64,000 nt of DNA from Mobula hypostoma (Eukaryota): the NCBI RefSeq assembly GCF_963921235.1, contig NC_086108.1, positions 53,570,001 through 53,634,000 on the forward strand. The letters run 5' to 3'. The translations under genes and the position numbers were made by a program. Of the stretch, positions 48,516-61,617 are shown piece by piece. Every line of letters starts with the position of its first letter. Positions within the stretch are counted from its first letter, which is position 1. The notes under the pieces are model-generated. The model was not told where the DNA came from and searched no databases. It saw only the letters and a program-made list of their open reading frames with translations.

Positions 48516-51164
48516 CCTTTCATTTCCTCTTGTACCAGCATGACGTCGGCAGGTGGCGGAATGTACTCCACTAACAGGATGATGATAGAAAACTCCCTTA
48601 GCAGATAGAATGGACAACAGTTCAGCAGTTTGCAAATTTCATTAATTTTAAAGAAACTGGATTAGAATCTATTTGGAAACAATATTGATATTGAAATAAA
48701 TGCACATAGAGACTAACAAATAGCCAACCAAACCAATGGTATTGAACAACTAGAATTGTAGAAGCGTATAAAGAAATGGGAAATCTTGTAGATTTGGTTG
48801 TTGAGTGATTCTGGAGGCATTTTGGCTGTGGAAAATGCTCAGGAGAAGAAATAACCTGCATGAACACCATGATGAAGTATCTGGCCTGAGGTCTCATATA
48901 TTTGCTGCCCTCGAGACGTCACCCAAAAAATGTGTAACCAGATCTGCACACCTTCACTGTCTCTAATTTGCATGATTTCTTGTCCAATATCCACAACTGG
49001 ATAAGCAGGCAAACTCCTCCAACCGAGTATCTCACAGCCTCAAGTCAGAGTCCCTGCTCTGTAGCTATTATTAGGACTATTAAATTAATGGAGGTCTGTG
49101 CATCTTTGTGAAAAGAAGAGACATAATGGATAAATGTTCTCATGCTCCTAAATTCTGTGTCTTCAAATTCTGTGATCTTTCAATACCATGTACCAAATGA
49201 AACCAAGAAAGAGGAGTTGATAAGGCTAAAATCTGGCAAGAATGGATGCAAATAGGGATTCACAGCAGATTGTATTGAAATATCAGTGCAATGTATCATC
49301 AGCTGTCCTCCATTTAAATGAAAATATTTTATGCTATAATATGAATTTATAAATACATCATATTTTTGTCTAGTGATTATAAATGTGGTAAAATGTATCA
49401 GTGGGTACTTTTTTCCACTTTGTAGCCAAAACACTGGCTTTTCTGATGTAGAAATGCTATGATTTGTATGATTTAGTAGCAGCTACTAAGAGTAAAACAG
49501 AGGTTTATGGATGACATAATTCTTTAAGAAGTCAAGATGTTTACCTAGTCTGGAATAAGTGGAAAAACTTGTGCAGAGTGAAAACCTGAAAAATTAACAA
49601 AAATATACTGAAATCGAAGTCCATCTTCCTCTTTCAGTGGAAGATCACTGGATGTGTATATCTAGCAATTTATTTACTAATTGACTACAATGACATCTCA
49701 AGATATAATACCACAAGGTATACCTTGCACTGGTCTCTTCCCAGTTTGGGAGCATAAAATGACTGTAATAAAGCCGAATTTCATGTACCAGTCATCAACA
49801 GGCAAAGGCTGTTTGAAGTACTCGACTGATGAAGTTTGCCGTTCTTCAGCACCCTGATCTGATCACTTTTATCAGGAATTAAGGCTCATACATGAGACAT
49901 TGAATGCAATAATGTCAATTTTAGGATCCTTCAGGGAAATGGTCCTGGTTTGCCAAGAACAAAAGAAAATCCTGCAGTACATGACCACCGGGCATTGCTT
50001 TTATAATCAAAAGAGTAAGATCAGTTATAATTTTAATTGTTCTGGAATCAAAAGTGGTAGATCATTTTTCCTGGTTCCCCTCTACTCCTAATGGAGTAGG
50101 CAGTACTCTTTATTTTCCATTCAATAATCGTACATAAGCAAACTTATATCCTGTTTGCCTTGGCTGCAACTACTTAATGCTAGTCATGAACCTTTGGAGA
50201 ACTTATAAAAAATAATGACAAAATCCCTTTGTCTCTCAACTGCTTTTAATTTTTCAGATATGATTTGTAAGTACACTCAATGTTGACCATTGCCCTAGAT
50301 TTATGTAATGTAAAAACTATTTACCGGAGTTTGGCCCATTTCCCCTTGTATATTTATTTCCAATTGCAGATGGTCCTTCTCCTATAGTCTCGACATTGCT
50401 ACAACATTTAGGATCGTGGAATAATACAACACAGAGCATTTAGACCACATTTTGATTATTAATTTTTCAAGTATTAGTTCCACTTGCCTGTTGCCAGTTG
50501 ACTGGAAATAATATTTTTAAAAATCAACAGTGCCTCTAGGGCACCACTAGTAACCTGCTTCCACACAAATCTATAACCATTAACCAACACTTTCTAGCTG
50601 CAACAACATGGTCACAATGTGATTCATTGGAATAGTTTACCACAAGTGATTTTTCCTTGCAGGATAATCTGTTGTGGGACACCACTGCATAACTTTTGTA
50701 GATGCTCAAGGAGGGGCATCCACAATGTTTCTGAAACCAATTAACCAACTAGCACTGAAACATCTTCAGACTTGAACATGATCTGCCTCAGGAGCCTTGT
50801 TAGGTCTCTCTGAGGCTACCTTATTTGCCGAAGTGTTCATGGTGACAATTTAATCATTAGATGTATTTATCTGTCAAACCAATTTTTATACATTACTAGT
50901 TAGTCACTTATCTTGGTTTTGTCATGGATGCTTTAAGTTTAGCGTCTTCCTCTTACATGAAAATAATTATTAAGAATTATCTAATTATTCAAGTATTTAA
51001 TCAGATTTAAAACAGCAAAGTGGTGTGTTAGTATGTCTACTAACCCACTGAAGCCTAGTCCAGCACATCTCGAGTTGTGACTAATACTGCAGATAGTATT
51101 GACATCACATTGGATTTTACTATAAACAGAACATGTCACCTAAGTTTCCAATACATTGTGCGCC

Positions 51165-53514
51165 AGTCAAATAGTCCCTGGGCTTCACCCCTCCATATGT
51201 TCCCTAAGTCCAATGGTGGCTGCTGCCCATGTGCCGATTACTGATGCTTTAACGAGCTCATAGAGCTTTGACCAGCAGCCAGTCTGAACAGCAAAAATCA
51301 GGCCCACAGCCCAAGGATAAAAGGCAGGAGTTCGGGTTGTCAATCATTGACCTTCTCGCCTATCGCATCTTTGCAGAAGATCCAAACCTCCTCCCATCAA
51401 AAGAGGCTGCTGTTAAGGATTTCTCACTGCCCTGCACTACTAAAAACCTACAGGAGTTTGTAGGCACGGTGAATTTCCATCACTGCTTCATTCCGCGAGC
51501 TGCTGAACTTGTGCTTCCCCTGTATGGTGTTCTTAAAGACGGCGCCCCTAATCAAGAGGCTGACTGGTCAGCGGACATTACCAAGGCATTTGAAGATACT
51601 AAATGAGCTCTTTCTAAGTGACCCTGCTGGCACACCCGGACCCATAGCGATTACTACTGATGCTTCAGACTATGCATTGGGTGCTGTATACGAACACTTG
51701 GTCAGGGGACATCTCCCTGAAAGGAAGTTACAGCATGTTTGACCATGAACTTCTAGGTCTCTATCTGGCTGTCTGCCATTTTCATTTTCTTTTAGAGAGT
51801 AGCCATTTCACAGTGTTCATTGACCACAAACCCTTCATGCACACGATGGTCAAAATATCAGACCCTTGGCCTGCACGGAATCAATACCACCTAGCCTACA
51901 TAACCGGGTTCACAACTGATATACAACATATCAAGGGGAATAATAATTACGTGGCTGTTTGCCTCTCACAGCTACCCATTGAGACTATACACATAGGGGT
52001 TGATAAGGTTATCATGGCAGCTGACCAAGTTACTGACTCAGAAGTCCAGGCTTATAGAACAGCAGTCATGGGCCTGCAGTGGGCTGCCATTAAGTTTGGG
52101 GCATCTGGGGTTTCTCTCCTGTGCGATGGCTCAACTGGTTGCCCTCACCCCATCGTGCCCACAAACTGGAGGTTGACTGTTTTTAACTCCATACGTGGCC
52201 TCTCACATCTGGGCCAGAAGGATTCACAGAAACTGGTTGCACTAAAGTTAGTGTGGCACAAACTTTGAAAGGACATGGGTTATTGGACGGCAGCCTGTGT
52301 GGAGTGCCAGTGGGCAAAATTTTTACCATCATGTTCAGGCACCATTGGCACCTTTTTGAGGTCCCTGAGTGACGGTTTGATCATGTCAGTGTGGCTCTTG
52401 TTGGTCCTCCTCCCCACTCCTGTGGTTTCATGCACCTCCTCACCAAGGTGGACCATACCACCAGGTGGCCATAGGTTCCCCCCCTAACATTGACGACGTC
52501 CACAGACATGGCTTGGGCATTCGTCAGCACCTGGGTTGCTTGGTTTGGCACGCCATCTGATATTTCCTATGACCACTGTCCCCAATTCATATCAGACTTC
52601 AGGGCTGTGATGGCCCCGAACCTCAGTGTTAGACTACGTCACACCACGGCAGACCACCCACAGGCTAATAGCTTACGCAAGCAGTTTCAACGTTCCTTAA
52701 AGGCTGCTCTGAGGGCTCCCCTGAAGGATGAGTGTTGGCACAATCCTCTCCTGTGGTCCTGTTGGGACTCAGAACAGCTCCAAAAGAGGATCTGCAGTCG
52801 TCTGCGGCTGAGTTGGTACATGGACAGCCATTATGAGTGACGCCATGACTGCCTAGTTGCCCTCATAACAGTAAATCCAATTCCTTTTCAACTATTCCTA
52901 CCTCCCATCATGGCATACAGCACTCTTGGGTTCCTGTTACCTACATTCCACCTCGTTTGTTTTCATCTGCCATGATACACACCAACATCCCCTTAGGCCC
53001 CCTTACGATGGCAGGTTCCACATTTTGGAACAGGGAGTAAATGCTTCTATCATAGAGAAGAAGGGTAAACCTGAACGTATTTCAGTAGATCGCGTTAAAT
53101 TGGCCCACCAGGATTTGGAGGATTCCGCTACCGTGGCCCTGCTGTCACAACATTACATGAGCATGTCAATGCCCCTCTGGATGAGTCAGAGGAACCCGCA
53201 ACTCCTCCGCCCTTGGAGCGTAGGACCCAAGCTGGGCAGCTCGTCCGAGCTCGGACAGGCTCACAATTGCAGTTTTAGTGAATTCTGAGGGTGGGGGGGT
53301 GCTGTGTAGGGTAATTGGTGGAAATATACATAATACACAAACACTGACGTTGAATTGGGGTTTCACTCTGAGGTTGGCCTGACGTGCTGAAGTGATTATA
53401 TAAAGAGATTTTTAGTGTACCTTGAGTTCAGTTTTTTGGTGTTCAATAAATGAGTTGATACAGCTTTTTTGAAACATAAATTGTCTCCACCGTTTTATTT
53501 GCAAGAAACCTACA
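51165..53514 (+). mobile_element. Decayed Gypsy pol (RT remnant, RNase H, integrase), PPT and 3' LTR (53305-53514)
   Basis: SPWASPLH, TTDASDYALG, DHELLGLYLAV, IDHKP, RPPYDGRF and ISVDRVK; G-rich PPT; LTR TGTAGG...CCTACA with AATAAA. Confidence 0.92.
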
Positions 53515-54940
53515 GGCCAAAGTCAGCATAATATTCTTAAGGGGATATCTTGTGTGACAAACCTGTTAGAATTCTCTGAGGAACAGGCAGGATAGACAAA
53601 GGAGAGTCAGTGGATGTTGTTTACTTGGATTTTCAGAAAGCTTTTGACAAGTTGTTGCACTTCAGGCTGCTTAACAAAGAACCCATTGTATTACAGGAAA
53701 GGTATTATCACAGATAGAAGATTGACTGACTGATAGGAGGCAAAGGGGCCTTTTCTGGTTGGCTGCCGGTGACTAGAGGCACTCCACAATGATCAGTCTT
53801 GGGTCCGCTTCTTTTCTTGTTATATATCAATAATTTGAATGATGGAATTGATAGCTTCATGGACAAGTTTGTGCGCAATACAAAGATAGGCGGAGTGGCA
53901 GGTAGTGTTGAGCAAGCAAGGTACAGTTTCTGCAAAAGGATTTAGGTGGATTGGGAGAATGGGAAAGAGGTGGTCTATGGAATATAGTATAGGGAAGTGT
54001 ATGGTCATTAACCTTGGTGAAAGGAATAAAGATGTAGACTATTTTCTAAAGGGGGAGAAAATTCAAAAATCAGAGTGCAAAGGGACTTGGAAATCCTTGT
54101 GCAGGATTCCCTGTAGGTCAATTTGCGGGTTGAGTCGGTGGTAAGGAAGGCAAATGCAATGTTAGCATTCATTTCAAGAGGTCTAGAATATAAGAGTAAG
54201 GATTTGATACCAAAGCTTTATAAGGCATTGGTCAGCCCGCACCTGGAATATTGTGAACAGTTTTGGGTCACATATCTAAGAAAAGATGTGCTGGCATTGG
54301 AGATTGCCCAGAGGGGGTTCACAAGAATGATTCCAGGAATGAAAGGGTTAATGTATGAGGCATGTTTGATGACTCTGGGCCAGTACTTGATGGAGTTTAG
54401 AAGAATTAGGGTGGATCTCATCAAAACCTATCGAATATTGAAAGGCCTAAGTAGGGTGGATGTGGAGAGAATATTCTCGATAGTGGGTGAGTCTAGAACC
54501 AGATGGCTCAACCTCAGAACAGAGTGGTCCAATTAGAACAGAGATGAGGAGGAAATTCTTTAGCCAGAGGGTGGTGAATCTGTGCAATTCATTGTCACGG
54601 ACAGCTGTGGAGGCTACATCAATGAGCATATTTAAAGCGGAGGTTGATAGGTCCAAATTTGCCAAAGGGTTTCGGCCTGAAGCATTGACTGTACTTTTTT
54701 CCATAGCGGCTGCCTGGCCTGCTGAGTTCCTCCAGCATTTTGTGTGTGTTGCTAGGATTTCCGGCATCTGCAGATTTCCTCTTGTTTGTGATTTGACAGG
54801 TTCTTGGTTAGCCAGGGTGTCAATGTTTACAGAGAGAAACAGGGAGAAAGGAGTTGAGAGGCAGAATACATCAGCTATGGTGGAATGATGCAGCCGAGTC
54901 GATGGGCTGAGTGGCCGAATTCTACCCCTACGTCTTATGG
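53515..54940 (+). mobile_element. Decayed CR1 RT to 3' UTR, interrupted by a PLE solo pLTR
   Basis: DVVYLDFQKAFDK, SPHLEYCEQFW (ORF 54123-54536) and a CR1 3' UTR. Confidence 0.9.
54653..54792 (+). mobile_element. Solo Penelope-like pLTR (about 140 bp) beginning at the hammerhead core
   Basis: TSD TTGATAGGT (54644-54652) / TTGACAGGT (54793-54801); TGCCAAAGGGTTTCGGCCTGAAGCATTGACTG followed by the pLTR tail. Confidence 0.88.
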
Positions 54941-54949
54941 TGGCACCCG

Positions 54950-55155
54950 CTTAAAGCCCGGGGTACCGGTGTGACTGATGCTTCTTTGAAGCAGTTGGGA
55001 ACCACAGACTACAGCAGTGAGAGGCTGAAGATGTCCTTGAGCACTCCAGCCAGTTGGGTTGCACGCGTTTTCAGTCCCTTGCAGGTTTACAGCCTGATGC
55101 CTTGCAAGGGTTCACCCTCTTGAAGGATGTTCTTACGTCAGCCACCGAGAGACAT
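54950..55155 (-). mobile_element. Rex1/Babar RT fragment
   Basis: Minus strand reads QLAGVLKDIFSLSLL*SVVPNCFKEASV, homologous to 58790-58900. Confidence 0.75.
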
Positions 55156-55795
55156 CGTCGTGTGGCTAGAAAAACATAACTTCCCATGTTTCATTTGGCT
55201 TTCTTGTTCTTCAGCGAACAGCCCAGCACTGCATCGTTGAGGAGAACTTAAACGCAGAGTTTAGGATCTTCATAACAGCAGAATAAAAAATAGTTTTGTT
55301 CTATCGCTAATCAATTCAGACTTGTTCTTGGATGTCTTGATACTCAGTCCATTCATCTCAAATGGTTAGGTATTAATTCCCCAGCAACAACCTTCCAAGA
55401 ACAGATAATCTGAAAATAGTCTAAAAACCAAAAATGCTATTTTTTTAAATTACCCATGTATTCTTAACTATGAATATTGTATCAAACTAGAGAAGGTGAA
55501 AATGGAGCAATGGGTCAGTAATAAAACCTGGTATTTTCCAGACCTGTGTGGCTCACCACTCAGTAGCACAGAAGGCATGTTAGCAAAGGTTAATTACATC
55601 CATTGCACGACTGACAAGATTACTCATAGTACCCACAGAGTAGGATCCTGTGGGAGATACTCTTCTGGTCAGCCTCTTAAAGTGAGAAAGCTGCTTTTGA
55701 CAATTACATTAATATTTTTGTGAATTCTCGGCAACATTTTGCTTTGTGTATTAGTTGGTTAGGCCTGCAAGTCTTCATTTAATTTTTTAGCACCA

Positions 55796-56093
55796 GCCTC
55801 CTGTCCCATGATCCTCTCCTTTCTCCAGCCTTGTATCCCTTTTGCCAATCAACTGTCCAGCTCTTGGCTCCATCCCTCCCCCTCCTGTCTTCTCCTAACA
55901 TTTTGGATCTCCCCCTCCCCCTTCCACTTTCAAATCTCTTACTATCTCTTCTTTCAGTTAGTCCTGATGAAGGGTCTCGGCCCGAAACGTTCACTGTACC
56001 TCTTCCTATAGATGCTGCCTGGCCTGCTGCGTTCACCAGCATTTTGTGTGTGTTGCTTGAATTTCCAGCACCTGCAGATTTCCTCATGTTTGC
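55796..56093 (+). mobile_element. Penelope-like 3' UTR plus pLTR (same subfamily as 36205-36901)
   Basis: Near-identical to the reverse complement of 36207-36465, plus the tail seen at 36838-36901. Confidence 0.92.
55959..55996 (+). ncRNA. Minimal type I hammerhead ribozyme motif with intact catalytic core
   Basis: TAGTC-CTGATGA(55964-55970)-A-GGGTC-TC-GGCCC-GAAAC(55984-55988)-GTT^CACTG; palindromic ACGT stem III; one mismatch at the base of stem I. Confidence 0.78.
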
Positions 56094-56094
56094 A

Positions 56095-57325
56095 GGGTTA
56101 ATGTTATGTTCTTTGTGTGAGATGTGGAAACTTCGGGAGATCTCCAGTCTCCCTGATAACGTTAAGGAACTAGAGCCGCAGCTCAGTGGCCTCTGGCTGA
56201 TACGGGAGAGTGAGGAGGTGATGAATGGGAGCTACAGGGAGGTCGTCACCCCTAAGTTGCAGGAGGCAGCTACCTGGGTGACTGTCAGGAGAGGGAAAGG
56301 AAATAGGCAGCCAGTGCAGAGTTCCCCAGTGGCCATTCCCCTCAATAATAGGTAAACCACTTTGGATACTGTTGGGGGATTGCCCTACCAGGGGTAAACT
56401 GCAGCATCCATGTCTCTGGCACCGTGCCTGGCTCTGTGGCTCAGCAGGGAAGGGGGTGAAGAGGAGTAGAGTAGTGATAGGGGATTGCATCGTTAGAGGG
56501 GCACTCTGGTCGTGAAAGAGACACTGAGATGGAACATTGCCTCCCAAGTGCCAGGGTCAGGGATACCCCGATTGGGTCCACCGCATTCTAAAGGGGGAGG
56601 GTGAAGTTAGAAGTTGTAGTTCACATGGATACCAACAACATAAGTAGGAAATGGATGAGGTCCGAAAGAAAGCATCTATGGCATTTGATAGAAAGCTGAA
56701 AAGCAGGTCCTCAAGGTCAATAATCTCTGGCTTGCTGTCAGTGTCAAGCACCAGTGAGGGTAAACATAAGATGATTTGATAGATGAATGCATGGTGAAGG
56801 ATTTAGAGCATGGGGCAGGGTGTCAGATTTTTGTATCATTGGGATCCCTTCTGGGGAAGATATAATCTGCACAAAGACAAGTTACACCTGAACTTGAGGG
56901 GGACCAATATCCCAGCGGGCAGTTTACCTCGAGCTGCTGGGGAGGGTTTACACTAATTTGGCAGATGGATGGGAACTGTGATAGAGCTGAGGATGGGGCA
57001 GTTGATATGCAGGTAGATGCAGTGTATATGAGAATGTAAGAAAGGACAGGCAGATGGTTGGGCAAAATTGCAGTCAGTGGTATGGATTGAAGTTTAACAT
57101 AGAGGACAAAACTGAAAAGGGTGATGAATACAGGACTGAAGATGTTATATTTGAATGCACACAGTTTACAGAATAAGGTAGATGATCTTGTAGCACAGCA
57201 TCACTGAGTTGTGGCTGAAAGAAGATCATAGTTGGGAGCTTAACATCCAAGGATACACCTTGTATTGAAAAAGAAGAGGCAGATAGGCAGAGTGGATGGG
57301 GTGGCTTTGCTGGTAAAAAATTAAT
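56095..57325 (+). mobile_element. CR1 5' region: decayed ORF1 (CxxC, coiled-coil, esterase-like) and start of the ORF2 endonuclease
   Basis: CSLCEMW...VKELEPQL...WVTVRRGK...IPLNNR; VVIGDCIVRG (GDS-like); LYLNAHSLQNKVDDL at about 57140-57190. Confidence 0.82.
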
Positions 57326-57404
57326 ATTGATACATGGCTGTACCAGCCAAAATCTTAAACCCTGATTGCTTGCAGGTCTGCCAATGTATGCAGCACTGAA
57401 CAAT

Positions 57405-59085
57405 GTTCAAAGTTCAAAGTAAACTTAAGTACTTATACGTCACCATATACTAAGCTGAGGTTGATTTTCTTGCAGGCAAATACAAAGAAACACAATAGAA
57501 TCAATGAAAAACCATACACAACAAAGACAGTCAAACAACCAATATGCAGAAGACAATAAACTCTGCAAATACAAAATAAAGCAATAAATACTGAGAATGT
57601 GAGTTGAGGAGTCCTTGGAAGTGTTGGAGTGAGTGAAATTATCCCCTCTGCTTCAAAAGCCTAATGGCTGAGGGGTAATAACTGTTCCAAAACCAGGTGG
57701 TGTGGGAGCTGAGGCTCCTTTACTTCCTTCCTGATGGCAGCAGTGAGAGGAGAGCTTGTCCTGGCTGGTGGAGTCCCTGACGATGGATGCTGCTTTCCGG
57801 TGACAGTGCTCCATGTAGATGTGCTCATTGGTGGGGAGGGCTTTACCCGTTATGGACTAGGCTATGTCCACTACTTCCTGTAGGATTTTTCATTCAAAGG
57901 CATTGGCGTTTCCATACAAGGCCATGATGTAACCAGTCACTATACTCTCTGCTACACATCTATAGAAAGTTATCAAAGTTTTAGATGACATGCCAAATCT
58001 TTGCAAACTTCTAAGAAAGAATAGGTGCTGCCGTGCTTTCTTTGTAATGGCACTAATGTGCTGGGCCCAGGACAGATCTGCTGAAGTGATAACAATGAGA
58101 AATTTAAAGTTGCTGAACCTCTCTTCATGAGGACTGGCTCCTGGACCCTTAGTTTCCTCCTCTAGGAGTCAATAATCAGCTCCTCGATCTTGCTGACATT
58201 GAGTGAGTGGTTGTTCTTGCAGCATCACTCAGCCAGATTTTCAATCTCCCTCCAATAAGCTGATTAGTCAGCACCTTTGATTTTGCCAATGACAGTGGTG
58301 TTGTCAGAAAAGTTAAATATGGCATTGGAGTATAAGCTTAAAGTGTGTAGAGCTGGGGGCTAAGCACGCAGCCATGAGGTGCACTTGTGCTTGTGGAGAT
58401 TATGGAAGAGATATCATTGCCAATCTAAACTAATTGGGGTTTGCAAGTGAGGAAATTGGGGATCCAGTTGCACAAGAAGACATTGAGATCTCAGTCTTAT
58501 ACGTTATTGACTAGTTTTGAGGGGATGATAGTATTGAATGCAAGATTGTAGTCAACAAAGAGCATCTTGATGTATGTTTCTTTGCTGTCCAGATGCTCCA
58601 AGGTTCAGTGAAAAGCCAATGAAATGGCTTCAGTAGTTGACCTATTGTGACAGTAGGCAAACTGGAGCAGAACAAGTTGCTTCCCAGACAGGAGTTGACA
58701 TATTTTATGACCAACCACTCAAAGCACTTCATCACAGTGGATTTGAGTGCTACTGGATGACAGTCATCGAGGCAGGTTACCAAATTCTTTTTGGGCACCA
58801 GTATGATTGAAGCCTGCTTGAAGCAGGTGGGTACCTCAGACTGCCAAAGCGAGAGGTTAAAGATATCAGAGAACACTCCAGCCTGTTGATTAGCACAGTT
58901 GTCAGTACTCAGCCAGCTACCCCGTCTAGGCCAGGTCCTCTCCTTGGATTCACCCTCCTGAAGGATGCTCTCATATCAGCCACAGATACAGAAATCACAG
59001 GGTCATCGGAGGCTGTGGGAGTTTGTGAAGGTGCTTCCATATTCTGTTGGTCAAAACGAGCATAAAAGGACTTTGCTTCTCCTGC
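57405..59085 (-). mobile_element. Decayed Rex1/Babar LINE (RT to 3' tail)
   Basis: ORF 58511-58876 DIFNLSL...VPTCFK...PVALKSTVMKCFE; (TTTGAAC)n tail. Confidence 0.9.
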
Positions 59086-59317
59086 CATCAAAAGCATACA
59101 TCTGGAATAAAGTTCACTCTTCCCCTCACTACCCAAACCTTCTCTCCCCACAAATTAAATTGGAAAACCAACATTCCATTGTGGCTCTGCCTCAGAACGC
59201 AAATATGAAAAAAACTTTAAACTTTCTTCCTTTTGATTTAGAAGTGTGAAGTTTAATAATGATCAATGTATGTATTTATATTAAGCCATTCAGAGAAGAC
59301 AAATGGGAGGATTAGAA

Positions 59318-59697
59318 CATAGAACATAGAATAGTACAGCACAGTACAGGCCCTTTGGCCCACAATGTTAAAACCTGCCTCCCATATAACCCCCACCTTA
59401 AATTTCTCACGTACCTGTCTAGTAGTCTCTTAAACTTCACTAGTGTATCTGCCTCTACCACTGACTCAGGCAGTGCATTCCACGCACCAACCACTCTCTG
59501 AGTAAAAAACCTTCCTCTAATATCCCCCTTGAACTTCCCACCCCTTACCTTAAAGCCATGTCCTCTTGTATTGAGCAGTGGTGCCCTGGGGAAGACACGC
59601 TGGCTGTCCACTCTATCTATTCCTCTTAATATCTTGTATACCTCTATCATGTCTCCTCTCATCCTCCTTCTCTCCAAGGAGTAAATCCCAAGCTCCC
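59318..59697 (-). mobile_element. Young CR1 3'-end insertion (same subfamily as 2245-4301 and 20527-20860)
   Basis: ORF 59312-59677 is nearly identical to 2301-2795; TTAGAA duplicated at 59312-59317 and 59698-59703. Confidence 0.94.
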
Positions 59698-60049
59698 TTA
59701 GAAGCAGGAGCAGGCCATCCAGCCCTCAATAAGATCCTGGCTGATCCTGCCTTTGATTTTCTTTTGATTAGCATGCAAAAATATAAAAACAAAACAATTT
59801 TTTTGGCATGGAACTTAATCAACTGTTATCAAAAAAAAGAAGAATTGGTTTATAAGAAAGAAAGAGTAAAATACTGTGAGATACACACAGGTATATTTTG
59901 TATTTGTTATTTTTAAAAACTTTATCCCAGCTGTCAAAAAGCAAAGTCTTTGTTGCTATTTTTCAAGCCTGGTACCTTTTAAAATTTGCACAGTGTTAAG
60001 TAGTGATCGGGAAACATCATTTACAAGGTGTCTCAAGATTATTGTTCAT

Positions 60050-60795
60050 AATTCAAAGTTCAAAGTAAATTTATTATCAAAGTTCATATACGTCACCATG
60101 TAGAGCCCTGAGATTCACTCTAGAATCAATAGAATAGAATCAAAGAAAGACTGCAGCCAACAGGATGGACGATAACCAATGTGCATTAAAAAAACTGTAC
60201 GAGTACAGAAAGAAAGAGAAGAAAAAAAGAAAAATAATAATAATAAATAAGCAATAAATATCACGAATGTGAGATGAAGAGTCCTTGAAAGTGAGTCCAT
60301 AGGTTGTGGGAACAGTTCAGTGATGGGGTGAGTGAAGTTGAGTGGAGTTATCCCTCTGGTTCAAGAACCTGATGGTTGAGGGGTCATAACTGTTCCTGAG
60401 CATGGTGGTGTGGGTCTTGAGCCCTCTGTACCTTCTTCCTGGTGGCAGCAGAGAGCATGGCCTGGGTGGTAGGGTCTCTGATGATGCATGCTGCTTTCCT
60501 GTGACAGCGCTCCATGTAGATTTGCTCAGTGGTGGGGAGGCTTTACCTGTGATGGATTGGACTCTATCCACTATTTTTGTAGGCTTTTGCATACAAGGGC
60601 ATTGGTGTTTCCATACCAGGCCAAGGTGCAACCAGTCAATATACTCTTCACCACACATCTATAAGAGTTTGTCAAAGTTTTAGATGACATGCTGCATCTT
60701 CACAAACCTTTAAGAATGTAGAGGTGCTGCTGTGCTTTCTCCATATTGACACTTACGTGCTGGCCCCAGGACAGATTCTCTGAAATGATAACACA
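60050..60795 (-). mobile_element. Rex1/Babar 3' fragment (same family as 57405-59085)
   Basis: Colinear with 57405-58095; same TTCAAAGTTCAAAGTAAA tail. Confidence 0.88.
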
Positions 60796-61617
60796 AAAAG
60801 CAATGTCTACTTCAAATCATAAATATCTCAACATTTTAAGATAGACACTTTTATGTGATAGACACAAGTTTGCAATTCAAAATATTGCCACAAAATTATA
60901 ACAAACAGAATTTTGATGCAGCATCAATGAAAACTGAAGTATGCCAAATTTTGTAGATATATTATTCCAATTTTATTCAAGCAATTATTATATTTATGAA
61001 AAATGACAAACAAACTCCAGTAATTATTTTATCATTCTTTAGTCAATTTCCAAATAACAGTTAAAATACTGAATATAATTGAAAAAATCTAGGTTTCAGA
61101 GTGAAATGAAATCAAAGTATTTTGGAAATTTAAGATGAATGTTAGGAACACTTCATAAAGAATAATAGTAATTTATTCAGAACAACTAGCTTATGCTGGT
61201 GTTTATATCATTATACACCTCCCCCCTCATTACCTATTTGCTTAACATTAATGACTCTGATTAACCAGTGTACAGGCAGTGGCAGGCAGATCCACATTGA
61301 CATCCTTCATTTGAAATGTAAATCACAAACTTTTTCCTATTTCTAAATTTCCAAATGATCACCAAAGGATGCTACAGTGGGCTAAGTTGCTTTCAACTGC
61401 TTAGATGCACAAAATTGCATATCTTTGCACACATTTCCACATTTCACACTCATCTTTAATAACATGTATAATAATAATTTTATTTATAGAGCACTTTTCA
61501 TACAGATGATGTAGTTCAAAGTGTTTTACAATAGGATTATAGAAGAATCATGAAAATAAAATGAAAAAAACCAAAGACGTTGCCAGGACTGGAAGACATG
61601 AGTTAAAAGGAAACTAC

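Noticed and set aside
49826..49850. CTGATGA as an additional hammerhead (also at 13239)
   Set aside because: No stem II followed by GAAA and no stem I pairing.
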